Positions 35,543 to 49,068 are shown, numbered from the whole stretch's first letter. The stretch: 58,380 nt of DNA, filler included, from Sphacelaria rigidula (GCA_964200075.2; 6 parts of 6 records of this genome joined end to end with filler, not necessarily neighbours in it); one strand, 5' to 3'. Notes: a model not told the origin generated them from the letters alone. Made by a program: numbers and translations.

Positions 35543-37346
35543 ACCTCCTCAAGGTGCCTTCACTTCTATCACATCACAGTTGGAGCTCCCGCACTGCCTC
35601 CGCTGTACTTTTTTTAGTTGCGTTGTGTTCGGACTGTCGAGCTACCGTGTACACCACACTACCACTGTATGCCCTGCATGCGCGTCTCTTTTGTTTGTTC
35701 ATCATCTAGCCGTCTGTAGTTGTTGCTCTGTCCTTTATCCCTGGCAAGATGAGTTCAAGGGCCTCTGATACACTAGGCGCTCGCATCCTGCGCCGCCTCC
35801 GACACGAACGTACGCGAGCAATAGCACTTGCCCCCCCACCACCCTCACCTGCTCGTCCCAGCTGTCTATCTGTGGCAACTGCCCCAGTAATGATACCCAT
35901 CTACTCTGTAGCGGATGCGAGTCACCAGGTAGAGTCCAATTTATACCGTGACTCTCCTGCCCCATTACATTTTTTTCCCACATGAGCTGCCCGAACATTA
36001 TCAGATACCAACTCTTTTCCACCACCACCGGCACTGTATCAGCGTGCATCCTTTCGCTACACCCACCCCGCCGCATGTACCGCCGGCCTTTCATTCTTCA
36101 GTAGCTAATGTGGACCGTCTCTTGCTCTCTCAAAATATGCTCACTGTGCAGCACATTTTTTGTAGTGCCCAACCTGGGTGTTGACTGTACATCACCCGAC
36201 CCCACACTGTACTATGTATGTGAACCAAACATCCGTGATAACACTACAGTACCACCCTCTTCCCAAGGTCCTGTGTGTGTGAGTTCCAAATGGTCTCGGC
36301 GGGCAATATGTTGCGGACGGCGAGGTACCGTGGTGTGCATACGTTGTTACTACTGCACTATCTGAACCTTGTCTATATTGCATTGTACATGTGAACACGG
36401 CGCGGATATAGCGGGTGTCGGGTGTTCTTCGTGTAATCCGAACGAATTGACGTCGGTACAGCACCATTGAGCCGGCCCTCCGCTACCCCACGCGAACATC
36501 ATATGTACTGTAGTGTGCCACCGTGCATTTTGCTGTCTGGTGCTTTGTACGCTGCTGTTGTACTGCACTACATATTTGTATTACGGTTGCGCTTGTACAT
36601 TTATTGCCTGTTTACCTGCACGATGATACGTCATCAACTCCCGACTCGGGGCGATTTTCAGCGAACTACGCGGTACAATAATCAGTATCACCAGCTGCGC
36701 TGGTATTGCCTCTAGACACGGCATCCGGTAGTTATGTCAGCCTCAACGTGTTCTCGAAATAGAACTGAGCGGTTTGACGTTGCTGTTCGTTATATCCCAC
36801 ACGTCTCTTCCTTCGTGGCATGCAGGTTTGTTAATGCGCTGTTGCGCTGGTGACACTGTCTGTCTGTTGGTGGTGAGAACCTTCGTTTTCTTGTCTCTTG
36901 CTGTTACAATCTATTCCAACACACACACACATACCGTTTGTTGTGTGCCTTCGACACACACACACATATATATATATATATGTTTTTTTCTTTCGTCTGC
37001 ACCCAACTCAAAAGGTGATGGACCGCTACACATGCGGAGTGCGCGGACCTACATGTCGCTCGAAAACTGTCGACAGTACCCTGCCACTATGTTTCTTTTA
37101 CTTTCGTTCGCTCCGCCTCAGTCCTCAACAACTGTGCTGTCTCCCACGACGAAGCGTCACACTTCTACTTCGAACCCATTGTCGACCAGAGGTCCACAGT
37201 CGGCCCCCAATAACCTTCAACAACAAACCCGCGGCCATATATTTTCTTTCACTCAGCCAGTGCACCATCACCACTTAACAGAATCCTCGTCGGCCAGCGT
37301 GGGTTCTCGCTTGTGGTGTGGGTACGCTAGCGTTGAACGTTCGGTC

Positions 37347-38889
37347 ATGATGGGTTCCATGACAGCACAGTCCCGTGCAACATTGCATGACTCCCAAATG
37401 CGCAATGACCAACCCCAGTGTTTTCATCTTGAATCTGATCACCCAGTTGTATTTCCGAGTGGTAGTAATCAGTGCCAGTTGGATCCGATTGCCCCGCGGA
37501 ATCGGCAGTCATGTAGCGTAGCGCCTACCGCCTTAGAAGCAGGAACATCTTCTGATACGGTAGCTGCTACCCGTACGACCGTTCATCGTAGGATGGGAGG
37601 TTTACAGAGGCTCCACAGCCCCGAGAAGGACTCAGGAGTCCAGTCGGACACGGTAACACACGCGTGCGAAATTCCGCGTGTGCCCGGTCCCCTTTTATTT
37701 GGTGAGCGTAATTTTTCGTGCACTACGCGCGCCAGTGCCAAACCCTTGACTTCCGTAGCTCAGCGGGTTGGGAAGGAACCCCAAGCGACAGTGCCGACCA
37801 AGAACCACGCGTGTAGCCACGAACGGAATGGCCTTGCCAACTTCTCAAAAGCCCCTGGAACAGCCGGCTCTAGAGTGCGCTATACGCGACACCAGGAGAG
37901 GGCTCTTCCGGATGAAACTGTAGGTAAACCTGTAGTTGCCGCTGCATCCGCCCACCAAGAACGTGCCCGGGTGCCGGGCACAGCGGATGAAGGCCTTGTC
38001 GTAGAACAGGTCGGTGTTTCCCAGATCCCAAACAGATCAGCATCGCTTCCTGCCGACCCCTCGAAATCTATGTTGAAGAATAAAGTAGCGTTGACAACTG
38101 TTGGGACAGTAAAACCGCTACGCCCTGAATGTGTGTCTCATGGTGCCGGACAACCCCCGGCTGTACCGTCCAAATTGCAGTCCGATCAGGACTGTTTCTC
38201 CCCTGTTTCTCATAGCTCCAAACAAATATCGCAAACATCCACATCCACTTCCTTCCCTAGGCGTCGTCTATCCCTGACTGTGTACGAAATCCAACATTCG
38301 TCTACTGCACCACTCGTCATGCAAAACCCCCCGTGCCACGACGGCCCTTCGGAAAACACATTTGCTCCGGAGGATCAATCTCAAGTCTATTTTAGTACCA
38401 TTGGCCAACAACACAAGAGCGATGTGGCTGCGGATCACTTGTCGGAATACGGACCCGACTTGGTAAGTGGAACTGCACTCATGGATGACGCCTCCTTCAC
38501 AACCCGAATAGGTATACGTAGTGGAGTGCATGCAACACGCCCTTTGATGGCCGTTGCCCTGCCCGACACTGGCTCGCCACAAACTTTCATCACAGCCAGC
38601 TGCTGGCAACACCTGATGAACGCTGGAGCAGCAGACAAACATTGCCTTTCTACTGTTCCGCCTCGTGTTTTGGGCGGGTTTGGTGCCTCCACTCCCCTTA
38701 CGGTTGATCAATCAGTACGACTCAGTGTGCAATTCTTCGATGACACGGGTCCCACTGCACGATTAGCTGTGTGGGCACTCATTGTGCCCGATGGTTCCAT
38801 GTCGGTTGATGTTCTCTTGGGACGTGATAGCTGGCTACGTTTTTCCACACATACATACACGACAAACTCACCTGTTTCGAACCGACCAC
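37347..38889 (+). CDS. Gypsy polyprotein N-terminal region with retropepsin aspartic protease (truncated by scaffold end)
   Basis: Open frame; ALPDTGSPQTFI (38565-38573 DTG) and VDVLLGRDSW; upstream part is low-complexity with no recognisable capsid or CCHC. Confidence 0.8.
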
Positions 38890-38989
38890 NNNNNNNNNNN
38901 NNNNNNNNNNNNNNNNNNNNNNNNNNNNNNNNNTTAATTAATTAANNNNNNNNNNNNNNNNNNNNNNNNNNNNNNNNNNNNNNNNNNNN
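38890..38989. other. Artificial scaffold linker
   Basis: 44N-TTAATTAATTAA(38934-38945)-44N. Confidence 0.98.
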
Positions 38990-39542
38990 CTGTTCCCCGC
39001 CACGCTGTCCTGCGGGGGGAGGGCGCGAAGGCGAGAGGGGCGGGTTGGGGGGGGGGGGGGGGGGGTGGAGGAGAGGAGCTAGCAGCACGGTCGGTAAAAA
39101 CATAGTTGATTTCGTTCACAGTTTTGACCCCTCTCTTTCCGCGGGACGACTCCGCGGTCTCAAAGGATCAACCCTATGTCCCCCTCGGTACACGGCTTAC
39201 ACCTTGACATTAACATCGCGGTTTGGGCCAGCACTACCGCTACCGCACCGTGTCGTCTCTCGTCGAATGCATTTCATTAGCTAACCACCGCCCTCCCGTC
39301 CTCAAGCAGGTGGCTGATTATCAGAGAACAACCTCCGAGCACCCTCAGAGGTTTTGACTCACAAATCTCTCGCCCAGACGTAACAGACTCTAGTTGTATT
39401 ATACCGTCTTTTTAGACCACCAGGTTGCAGCGGCATAGTGAGCACAGAACGTTGCCCTTGCAAAATCTGCAGGTAGACCTTACGCCCGCTATGGTCAATC
39501 CTAAGGTCAATCCTACGGAACGGCGATGAAATGGAAGCTCAC

Positions 39543-42500
39543 CGTTAGCGGAGAATACGGAACCGGTGGTGTATCCGCCGACAATCAAATCGCCAGCGCT
39601 CTCCTCTGCGTCCAGGGCGTACAGCCTTTCCGACCCGTCGGACCCCCCCTGCCATATTCCCAAACTCTCTCCTGTAGTTGGATCTCGTAGCGTCAGAAAT
39701 ACATCTTCGCCTCCTGCAGCTGCTGTGAAAAACACGTGGAGCATGATATTTCAAATACATAAAGACAGCACACCGACAAACCTGAACGGGCGAGATCGTC
39801 GTCAGATCATCACGATTGAATTTACCTTGTTTCAGAGTAGGACCTTCAGCTTCAGATAGTCTGCGGGCATGCAGTCCCGAGTGCAACGCACTTTGTTGCT
39901 CGAAATCGGCGCCTGCGGCACCGATTTGAACTTTGCCAACACCCGCTTTGCCTATGACACCATACGCATACCCCTTACTCGAGGATTCTTGGTATACTTG
40001 GGTTCGGGTTAGGGTCCGGGTAAGAGTTACTGTAGAGTGACATCACGAGTTGTTCCTCCGTTACCGTATAACCTTCCGATACGGAGAAGATCTCGGGATC
40101 TCGTTTGCTGCGGAAGAATTCGTATATTTGAAGTCGAGGAAAAAGAGGTTCGCGTTAGCATACTCTGAAAAATGATTACCTTTCTATCAAAGAGTGTAAA
40201 AATCGTGAACAACCACAACATCGGGAGGACGATGACGATGTGGACGGGGGAAATACAAACTCTTTTCATAAAACAAACTGTGTAAGTACAGGAACCCAAG
40301 AAGAAAAATTGCAGTCATGAGTCGACATGAGTGCGCGCTGACTGACGACCGAACATGCCGCTCGTGACCCGCTGCGAATCGGTCATAATTGACCAACGAA
40401 TCCACTGCCAAAACTCAGAGAAAACCGCCTCCTTACCGTTTCCGGCCAGCATTAGATCACCCGTGGTGTATCCCGCGGTCATGATGACATCATCGTGAGC
40501 TGCGACGCACAGGGCAACGTCCTCCTCTCCTATATCGGAGCTCATTGTCGTTTCCCAGTTCTGCGATTGTTTGTCGGTTGTTGTTTGTTTGTTTGTTGCG
40601 TGTTTCTTTTTTTATTGTCTGTTTATTTGGTCGGTCGTTTGTCCCTTGTTGTTGTCGTTCCCGCCCCCGATATCGTCTTTATCTTTCGATGAAGGCATGG
40701 GTACAACAAGGATGCGATTGAGAGTGAAAAGCGGTCAATTAGTGAATGATTCGTTTCAGTTCCGACATACCACTCCACGAGGCCCAAAATGCTTTCTGTA
40801 GTAGCTTGGCACTGAGGCCCATGATATCCCCGAGTAGGATATCGACGGGTAGCTGTAAGCACACGCCAGTGGTACAGGCAGATAATATCACACCCGGAAT
40901 GAATAATTGGCAAAGTTAAAGCGATTGATCAAATCCATTCTCAATCAGCGCTTTACTCTCAATCTCACGAAAACTTTGTTAAATGCGGAAGATTTGTCGT
41001 GCCTTTCGGGGGAACACCTGAAAATCTTGGAATACAAATCTAAAAAAATGGGCCGTTTCAAACAACCTTCACAGGGAAAAATCAGACGACCGATTTCGTC
41101 GAGTCTCCGTTCATTTTTTTCCTGTGTCTGGAGGATGAACTGAGTGTCGAAGACACGAAGTCCTTGATTTGTTTGCCGTCTTCGGGTAAATTTAGCACGT
41201 CCTTCGAATACCTATTTTTATCGATACCTATACGACCTTGATGCTACCAGGGCTGTTCTAGCTTTACAGGGGAATTTTTAAGAAACCGTCTATTGTTCTG
41301 CGTTGCATTCTGTTTATCTGAATTCGTCCAAGGGGAGAAGTTGTATCCAAATGAGGACATTGGCTTCTTCGGCGACTGAACATGGGGATCAAAAACTCCA
41401 AAATGAGAGGGTTGTTTTTATCATCATATCGGACATGTCGTGATTTACTTGTCACTAGATCTGTGAAGGCATAGACCATGGACGCGCGTGCAGGGTCATC
41501 CGGTCGACCTGTGAAAGTGCAGAGGACAACACGCTTCTTCTTCTTTTTGTTCACACTTTGAGCCCCTCCCCTTCCGAGGGATGACTCCGTGGTCTTAGGG
41601 GATCAACCTATCTCTCCCCCCGTACGTGCCTTGCATTTTGGACTCGCAAATGTGAAATGCCAATTTCACGTCTCGAACTCCTCGTGTTCGTGCAACCAAC
41701 CACCGAAAAAAAATACAGAGATGGACAGTTTTGTGGACCCAGGGGAGGTTTTTCACCGCCACCCTGTTGAAGCGCAAATTCTCGGCATCTAGTTAATCAG
41801 ATAAATCTAGGAAAGCATTCATATCTTTCTCGCGTTTTTTCTCCCGAAGCCGTTACGTGTGTGAAATATATGCTGCCCCGAGGAGAAAAAAAAGCTATGC
41901 TGAGCAAAGTGACATCGATGCCTGAACATTTTGGCCAGGTGCTTTTTTCTCCTGTCTAAACGTGTTGTATGTACGTGGTGCAAGGCGTACCTGAACACCG
42001 TCGCTGGAGTATGACGCGGTAGTCGTGTCTACCCCCCATGACGTCACTTCCGATTGCAAACGCCTCCGGCGCCAGCGTCTGCGCGTACGCTTTCGTCTGC
42101 TGAGGCCATCGTCTCCACGTGTTTCAAAAAAGAAAGCAAGTACAGCGAAACGAGAAATGAAAAAGGAGAATGAGTTGCGGTAACGTCATGATGCAACAAG
42201 AAAATTTTCTGCCTCGCGCCGATTCTTTTAAAGATGTGGAGCGTATTTCTCAGTTGAATGTTCTCGTGCCAGTTCTGCTAGATATAGCCCACATCCTCAT
42301 AGCCCACGACTCTCCACGTAGAGCAGCTACGAGAGCCAGCTCTATTACGTAACGTACGGATACACGCTCTCAGGCAGCATATCAAGTTCCGGTATTGTGT
42401 GGACTGCGGTAGTCCTGCTACTCCAGATCGTGATCAGGGTTAAATGTCGCATGATTACGTCCCTGTTGGATATTAGTGAGCGTGTTGATGTGTTAAGCAA

Positions 42501-45500
42501 GAGAGCTGACCATTATGCGGAAGGAGGTTTGGCCCGCAAGGATATGGGCTACGACACAGTGGCATGAAGCACAGAAAAACCGCAGTGTGGGTCCATTGGA
42601 CTCTTGAAGAATATCTGGTTGAGGAAAGCAATCTGCATCCCCGAGGTCTGTGACATCGCGACGGCCATGACGTCGAGTGTGTTTTTGCGGTCATTAAATT
42701 CGTAGAAAGAGTGTTCCGCGCGCCCTGGACAGTAGAATATCAGGCATTCGGTTGTTCCGACAGGGTTGGCAGACCGCACTCTATGTTCAACATCGACCGG
42801 AACTTGTTGTTGTTCGTCATCAAATGCTGATAAGGTTATGGAATGGTGGTACCATACGTTTTTCACAAATATATTCACTTATATGCATACAACTTCCAAC
42901 CCTAAAATTCGTAGCCGAAATACGTTTTGTCGGGCGCCTTGATGATCAGTGCAAACCTGCATCTGCACCATCACCATCACCATCACCATCCTCACCATTT
43001 TCGCCATCGTCGTCATCCACAAAAAACGCCTCCTGCGTTCCAGCGGTGTAAACGTCCGCGGCGTGCTCACCTGCGCCCCGCGTCAGCCCATGAATAATAT
43101 CATCCCCAATTGTCCCCGTCTGTGACCACCACAACCAATTGCCGTCTTCGCCACTAGTAGTGGGCGACAACGAATTGTCGACGACCATCGTGGGGTTAGC
43201 GGTTGGAGCCGTCGTACCACCGCCGAAAGTGCCTGTTGGAGCTTGACTACTGCTAGCAAACCCGGTCGTTGGAGCGGCGCCGCTGGTGGTATCAGTGACA
43301 GAAGGAGTTGTGGTGAAACTGACCGTTGGAGCGCCGGTAACTGCAGTGCCAGTAGGACTAGCCGTTGGTACAGCTATATCGCTACCAGGACCAGATGTCA
43401 TGGTAAGACTAGCCGTTGGAGCGGCGGTACCGGTGATACCAGTGGGGCTAGCCGTTGGCACTTCGCTATTGCGAGCAGGATCAGAGGTCGGAGATCCGGT
43501 ACCATTTTCCCTTTCGGTTTCCGAGCTGCCCGGAACGTCCCCGACAGCTGTCGGTCGGGCGGTGGGAGCATCGGTCTCTACTTCGACAATTAACGGAGCG
43601 GGTGTTTCTGTGAACGATGAGGCTGGAGCGGCAGCAAGTGTAGGGCTGGGGGTGGTGCCCTCAGAGGTTCTGTCGCTGCCAGTTGTTGTTTCTGTTCCGT
43701 CATCGCTGGATGGATCTCCGAAGAATGCGGTGGGAGATGCCGTGGGAGATGCCGTCGAAAACGCTGTCGTCGTCAGAGGTGCTGATGGGATCGCCGTCCA
43801 CACTCCAGTGGAGCTTTCGGTAGGATTGCTACCTTTATGAATCGAATAACGCACGGAACAGATGGCAGTAACAACGCCCAGGTACCGCGTGTAACACGAA
43901 TTAATAAGAACGCTGTTCTTGAAAGCTTTGACGGATTGCTTATTACTCTTGCAAGCATCGTCGTACACAGCTTCGTTCGCTATTTATCAAAATATTGCCC
44001 CGTTAGGGAAACGAACGATAATGATCGGTATGAACACGAAAAAATGCACCAAGGTCGGGCATAGAACTGTTGATGAACGTATGTTCGCCATTCGCCGCGG
44101 ATGTAAAGTCCGTCAATCGCCATGAGGTTTTTGAAAAGAAGTAAAATACGATACGTCAGAACTGCCAGAAATATGGATCAAGAACGAATGTCAGATTTGC
44201 AAAGCGATGTCACAGCAACCGCAGAAGCCAAGTGTACCTACCTGAAGGAGCAGCACTTCCTAGGGCGGGGTTCGTGATCCCTGCGCCAGTGTGAGCTACC
44301 GACGGGCTCATAGAGTTCTCGGAAAACATGCTTGAAGTTGGTGTCGCTGTTGTCCGGGAGAGCTCCGTGAGCGTAGGGCTGATAGACAAGGTGCCGCCGC
44401 CGCCGCCCTTATCTGTTGTTGTTGGGCTGATCGTCGGAGGCGCGGTAGCGGTGGGTGCCGACCGTGCTCTAGGCTCGCTGCTTCTAGCCTGTGTAGGCAA
44501 CGAAGTTGGTGCAGGAGTTGTTGCGGTGGTCGTTGATGGTGTAGATGAATGTGTTGCCGGGGTAATTGGCGCGGTTGTCGGGGTAATTGGTGCATGCGTC
44601 GGCGTAGCAGAACCTCCGAATGCGGTCGAGGACGAGCGGTGGGGAGATGGTGCCGTAGAGGGCATTATGGAAAAGAACGAAGTCGCAGTGGCTACCGCCG
44701 GTGCTGCGGTCGCTATTTGCGCTGTCGGCGTTGGGATTTCTGGCCACGCCGTCGTTGGCGGTAGGCTAGCATGATCCATGGAATATGAAAAACTGAAAGC
44801 TTCATCATCATCCTTATCGTCACCATAGCCGCCGTCCGCTGATCCCCACGATGGAAGAGAATGCAACGATGACATCACTGTAGGACTGGGGCTGAATTCG
44901 TTCCGTCGCCGGTCAGTATAAGATGTGCTCGTCGTGGGAGCTGCTGTCTCAATGCGAAACCCCTCCTGTGGTGATCTCGATTCCGTGTATGATGAGGGTG
45001 ATGACGTCGTCGGCACCGGCATTCCGCGGGCGGTGCTCGAATCAGTGTACCATTCGGACGCGGACGCGGTAGGTGCAGATGAGGAGGAAGTCTCCCAACC
45101 CCGCCAATCCCATGCTTCCGTTGGATTTCCGGTCGCAGCATTCGGGGACCATTCTGAGGATCCTTCTTGTACTTTGTTTGGGGGTAAAAATGGCATCTCC
45201 GATGAAAGAGCACTAATACTTGGAGAGGAGGTTGGCACAGCCGTGTTCCCAGAATTGCCCGCAGAATTCGCGGGGAGAGCGTCTCCGCCGAAACTCAAGG
45301 CGGTATAAGAGGACGATTCTGAAGATTTTGCGGATTCTGAAGAACGTTGTGAAGAGGCAGGGCCAGCAGGAGCCCGTTGCGGCGGTGATACGAATGGCAC
45401 GGAAGTAGGACTAGTAGTAGTTGACATCAAACGTACCTCGAAATCCTTCCGGTATTTATCGGCGCCATCAGCGGATGTGAGGCCATCGCTCGCTTGGCTC

Positions 45501-46748
45501 GCCAACTGCGATGTTCCGGAGAGGGACAAAGTGGGAGATCAGCATGCCGGTTTAGGTTTTGCGCCGATTTTCGTCGGCACCATTGAGGACTGTGCCGCCA
45601 TCTCTCGCTAGGCTGGCCATTTGCGGTCTTCAGGAGAGGGATAGAGCGGTGGAGGACCATACTGGGATAGGTTTCGCCATAAGGGTGGACGAAAGAGTTT
45701 GGGCTGCTTCCCTTTAAAGCGGCCAATTGGTGCTGTGCTTCATTTTGTCGACGACCCCACGCCGTTCGAATTTTTTCACAAAGAAGTAGAGTGCGACGTC
45801 CTGAGTTGAAAAAAACTACGAAGAACCTTCGTGCTCCGTTTCCGTCAGTGGAACGGAAACGTAACCAAACACTGTATTGTACAAAAGTACATGAATGGAA
45901 AGAAAACTTTCCCACAGACAGAAGGTATAATAACTGGTAAGAGCAATGCTACGGTAGGGGTGCCCTTTTAGCACAAAATCCTGTCTGGTTCAGGGGCTAC
46001 TCACGACTCTAGATGCACAACAATATGGGGCAGGGCATCCCAGTTTGCAAATCCATTCGAAATATCCCTACCACATTGGAACAGTAATCCTGACGAACTC
46101 TCACATATTTCGTAAGTCGTGTTTTACATGAGATAAAGGGCTCCTAACAGTTCTAACCCCAGAAAATGTTTATGCACCCCTACCGTGGCATCCCCCGTAA
46201 GCAATTTCTCATTAGCCAGCAAAACAAAATGGAAAGCAGATTGACCGATATTCCGCGGTCGGCGGCTGACGTCATCCAAGGTGAAATCACCGCAAATCCA
46301 CCACGTAACTCCATCCATCTTCGAACGTCCCTCCGCTCCAAAGGGTCATGGATGACGTCAGCCGTCGACAAAGGACTATCGACCGATCGGACCAATATAC
46401 TTTTTCTTTGGCCACTCAGAAAAATGCTCGCCATGCACTTTACTCTCTGTAGAGTGCTCATCTACGTCAAATGTTCACTCAGCCCGTGGTTTCGACGGTG
46501 ACCAAACCAAGGTCACCCACCACTAAGTGACCTCTACCTGAAGAAATATTTGTTTTGGTGCACATAGACACAGCGTGTGGAGTAGCAAGCGTTACAGGTC
46601 ATTATGTCATCACCTGTAGTGATTATGCGTTTTTGCCGAACCTGGAGATTTCGGTGGAAGACGGAAGGCTTCTCCTCCCCTGAAATAGCATCGCTTCTCT
46701 CGTCGTTTGGGTCACCCTTCGGCAGCGCGAAGTGCTCTTGTAAGGTAC
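39543..46748 (-). CDS. Mucin-like Ser/Thr/Pro-rich protein with SBBP-type beta-propeller repeats (partial; 3' end off-scaffold, 5' end unresolved)
   Basis: Phase-compatible GT-AG exons 46748-46642, 45505-44242, 43832-42957, 42112-41991, 40560-40437, 39722-39543. APT.SPT repeats are followed by WSQTGTIGDDII..VYTAGT, DVALCVAA..MTAGYTTGDL..AGGEDVFLTLRDPTTG..WQGGSDGSERLYAL..LIVGGYTTGSVF. Confidence 0.75.
46258..46369. repeat. Short inverted repeat/hairpin (mini-MITE?) in an intron
   Basis: GTCGGCGGCTGACGTCATCCA (46258-46278) vs TGGATGACGTCAGCCGTCGAC (46349-46369), 20/21 complementary. Confidence 0.7.
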
Positions 46749-48635
46749 CTGCAACAGACAAGAATGACGAGCGAAAATCTCAATCATCTGGCTGCGAAGA
46801 TCTTGAGATATTTACTCTAAGCGAATGTGTACACCAAGATCACGGTACCGTACAATCGCTTGTGCTGGCGCACATGGATTCACTGGAAAACGGTCACTTT
46901 GAGTTCAGGTGAAACTTTCCTTTAATGGAATACAGTCGTGTTTTCATGTGTGCATGGGGAGATAATAGGGCGCAAACGGCACTCCTCACTAATATGTGGC
47001 AACTCCTGAGAATTACGGAAAGAAGAGGGCTGTGACGAAATGTCTTTGCCGTGGATCCTGGATATTGCTTGCAGTGCGTCCTCGGTAACAACGGTGACAC
47101 TCTCCAGCACGATATCCGCAAGAAAATAGCACTGCTGAACATGCGTGCTCTGCGCTTGTAGTGTAGCTTGAGGAAGACTGTGTCGCGTCGATCGACCACC
47201 AGGGCTGTTACGGGAAAACGTTGTTATTTATAGTATGAGTATTACAAAAGTAGTATACAGGATTGGAGGGACGCCAACAGAAAGATTCACGAAATGAGCC
47301 TTAATTTCTTGTGTCCATCTCATCATTCTTATTTTGTGTCGCTGACGGCTGACTGCGGGGACCTTGCGGTTCATCAGACCTGTCGTTTGTTGAAATCGAC
47401 CCATAAACGCCCGAGGTACGTCCGTTCATGCATCTACTCGTACTAAACATTGTTCCCCCTTGATACATGAATACGGGCAGGTGCGACTCAGGCCGTCGGG
47501 TACGGCCCCTGACCTTGCGACGGTACACCCGACGGAAGGACCCTGCGGGAGGTTATACGTCCTTCTGTACTCTGCTTCATCGAGTATGGACGTCGGGTTC
47601 GACGTCGACGGGTTTCTGATCCTTTTCTCGCACATCTAACCACCGGAAGACTTCCCTTAGGACATGCTTGTCGCGGCACTTGTACACAAAACCTTGCCTG
47701 CGAGTGACTTCTTCGACGCACGATTCTCCAGCTCTGACACAAATAAGCCGTGATATTTTCCCCGCAGTCGCCGAGCCTGCTGGTGCAGAGACAGAAGATA
47801 GTTCTCGTTGTTGTCGCCGAAGGCGCAAAAATCTTGATATTCGAATTTATTTATAGTTTCCCGGATGGCGACATGTGTGACTTCATGTTAACGTTCGGTG
47901 GTTGGTTGGGCGTTAAACCCTTCTGTGTAAGCCTGCTGAACGTGCACGCTAATTTTATGTGGCTGCCACAAAGTCGATCGCAGCAGACCTACTACCGTAG
48001 CAATACCTAGTTGAAGCACACGTTTTCCTCGTTACGCGCAGCTATTATTGCAATAGTTGAAAACATAATACGGTGAGGTTACAAGTATCGGAGCATGTTT
48101 TCAAGCGGCGTGACATCGCTGCTCAAGATTATGAATGTACGGTACTTGACGAACTGAAAAACCCGCAGGTGACCGGAAACAAGGAAATGGGTAGTCTCAA
48201 TTCTCTCGAAAACATACGAATCGCCCCGCAGAACATTCATGCCATGAGAAAGGCTCTGTGGAGATGTTTCGAAGATCGAGATCTCTCGACTGAGAACAAC
48301 TTTTCGTAAAATCATCAATGTTATTCACCTGACATCCTGGGAAGGTTGAGACTACACCACTTACGATACAAGTAGACACTGGAAAGTTTGACATAATTCG
48401 GAAAGCGATAATTCGGAAAGCGGCGAGCTTAAGAGCCAAGTGCAACCGCGCGGGTCTCGCTAGTATTCTAGATAAACTCTCCCCTGGTTCGCGTAGGTTC
48501 ACTATTATAGTCACGCCGGGTACCAATAGTGGTCTTGAAAACGGTACAGTTCCTTGCACGAAACCTACTACTGTTGTTGTCACGGGGGGGGGGGCGTACT
48601 CATTTGTTGCTTGCCTTAGTCATTTGACCAGTAAC

Positions 48636-48735
48636 NNNNNNNNNNNNNNNNNNNNNNNNNNNNNNNNNNNNNNNNNNNNTTAATTAATTAANNNNNNNNN
48701 NNNNNNNNNNNNNNNNNNNNNNNNNNNNNNNNNNN
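48636..48735. other. Artificial scaffold linker
   Basis: 44N-TTAATTAATTAA(48680-48691)-44N. Confidence 0.98.
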
Positions 48736-49068
48736 TGCCATGGTCATAGGACCATTGGCTCAGCATCCCTACGAAGCCGGGACGGAGCAAGCCGGGTCTT
48801 CGCCGGACGGGGGGGGGGGGGGGAACCTATTGGCGCCTTCTCTATGTATTCCGCGGAACAACTTACGCTGGGCATGAAAGGAAACCGTCCCCCCGGGTTG
48901 AGATATACAGGATTTTCTGTCTCCGTTTCTCCCGTTCAACCGAGAAATCACCGCAAGATGTCTGTGGGGAGAGGCGGGGAAGGGGGGGTGTCCTCATAAT
49001 TCCCCATGCCGTAGTCATAAGACCATTAGCCTTGCATCCCTACAAAGCCGGAACGAAGCACGCCGGGG
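48736..49068 (-). repeat. Two truncated copies of the poly(C)-tailed retroposon (subfamily A)
   Basis: 48736-48810 and 48985-49068 reverse-complement to GCTCCGTCCCGGCTT.GTAGGGATGC..AATGGTC.TATGAC.A.GGCA, flanked by G tracts. Confidence 0.7.

Larger units (their letters stand above)
29244..38889 (+). mobile_element. Ty3/Gypsy LTR retrotransposon (chromovirus-type), decayed, filling the whole scaffold in permuted order RT-IN-LTR-PR
   Basis: RT, integrase, chromodomain, LTR and aspartic protease motifs as detailed in the following entries. Confidence 0.92.

Noticed and set aside
43286-45308. Plus-strand Val/Gly/Ala-rich ORFs
   Set aside because: Antisense shadows of the Thr/Pro/Ser-rich minus-strand exons
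9693-48691. TTAATTAATTAA palindrome recurring every ~9.75 kb as a biological periodic signal
   Set aside because: Always centred in 88 Ns; a synthetic linker. ORFs ending in LIN are artefacts of it.
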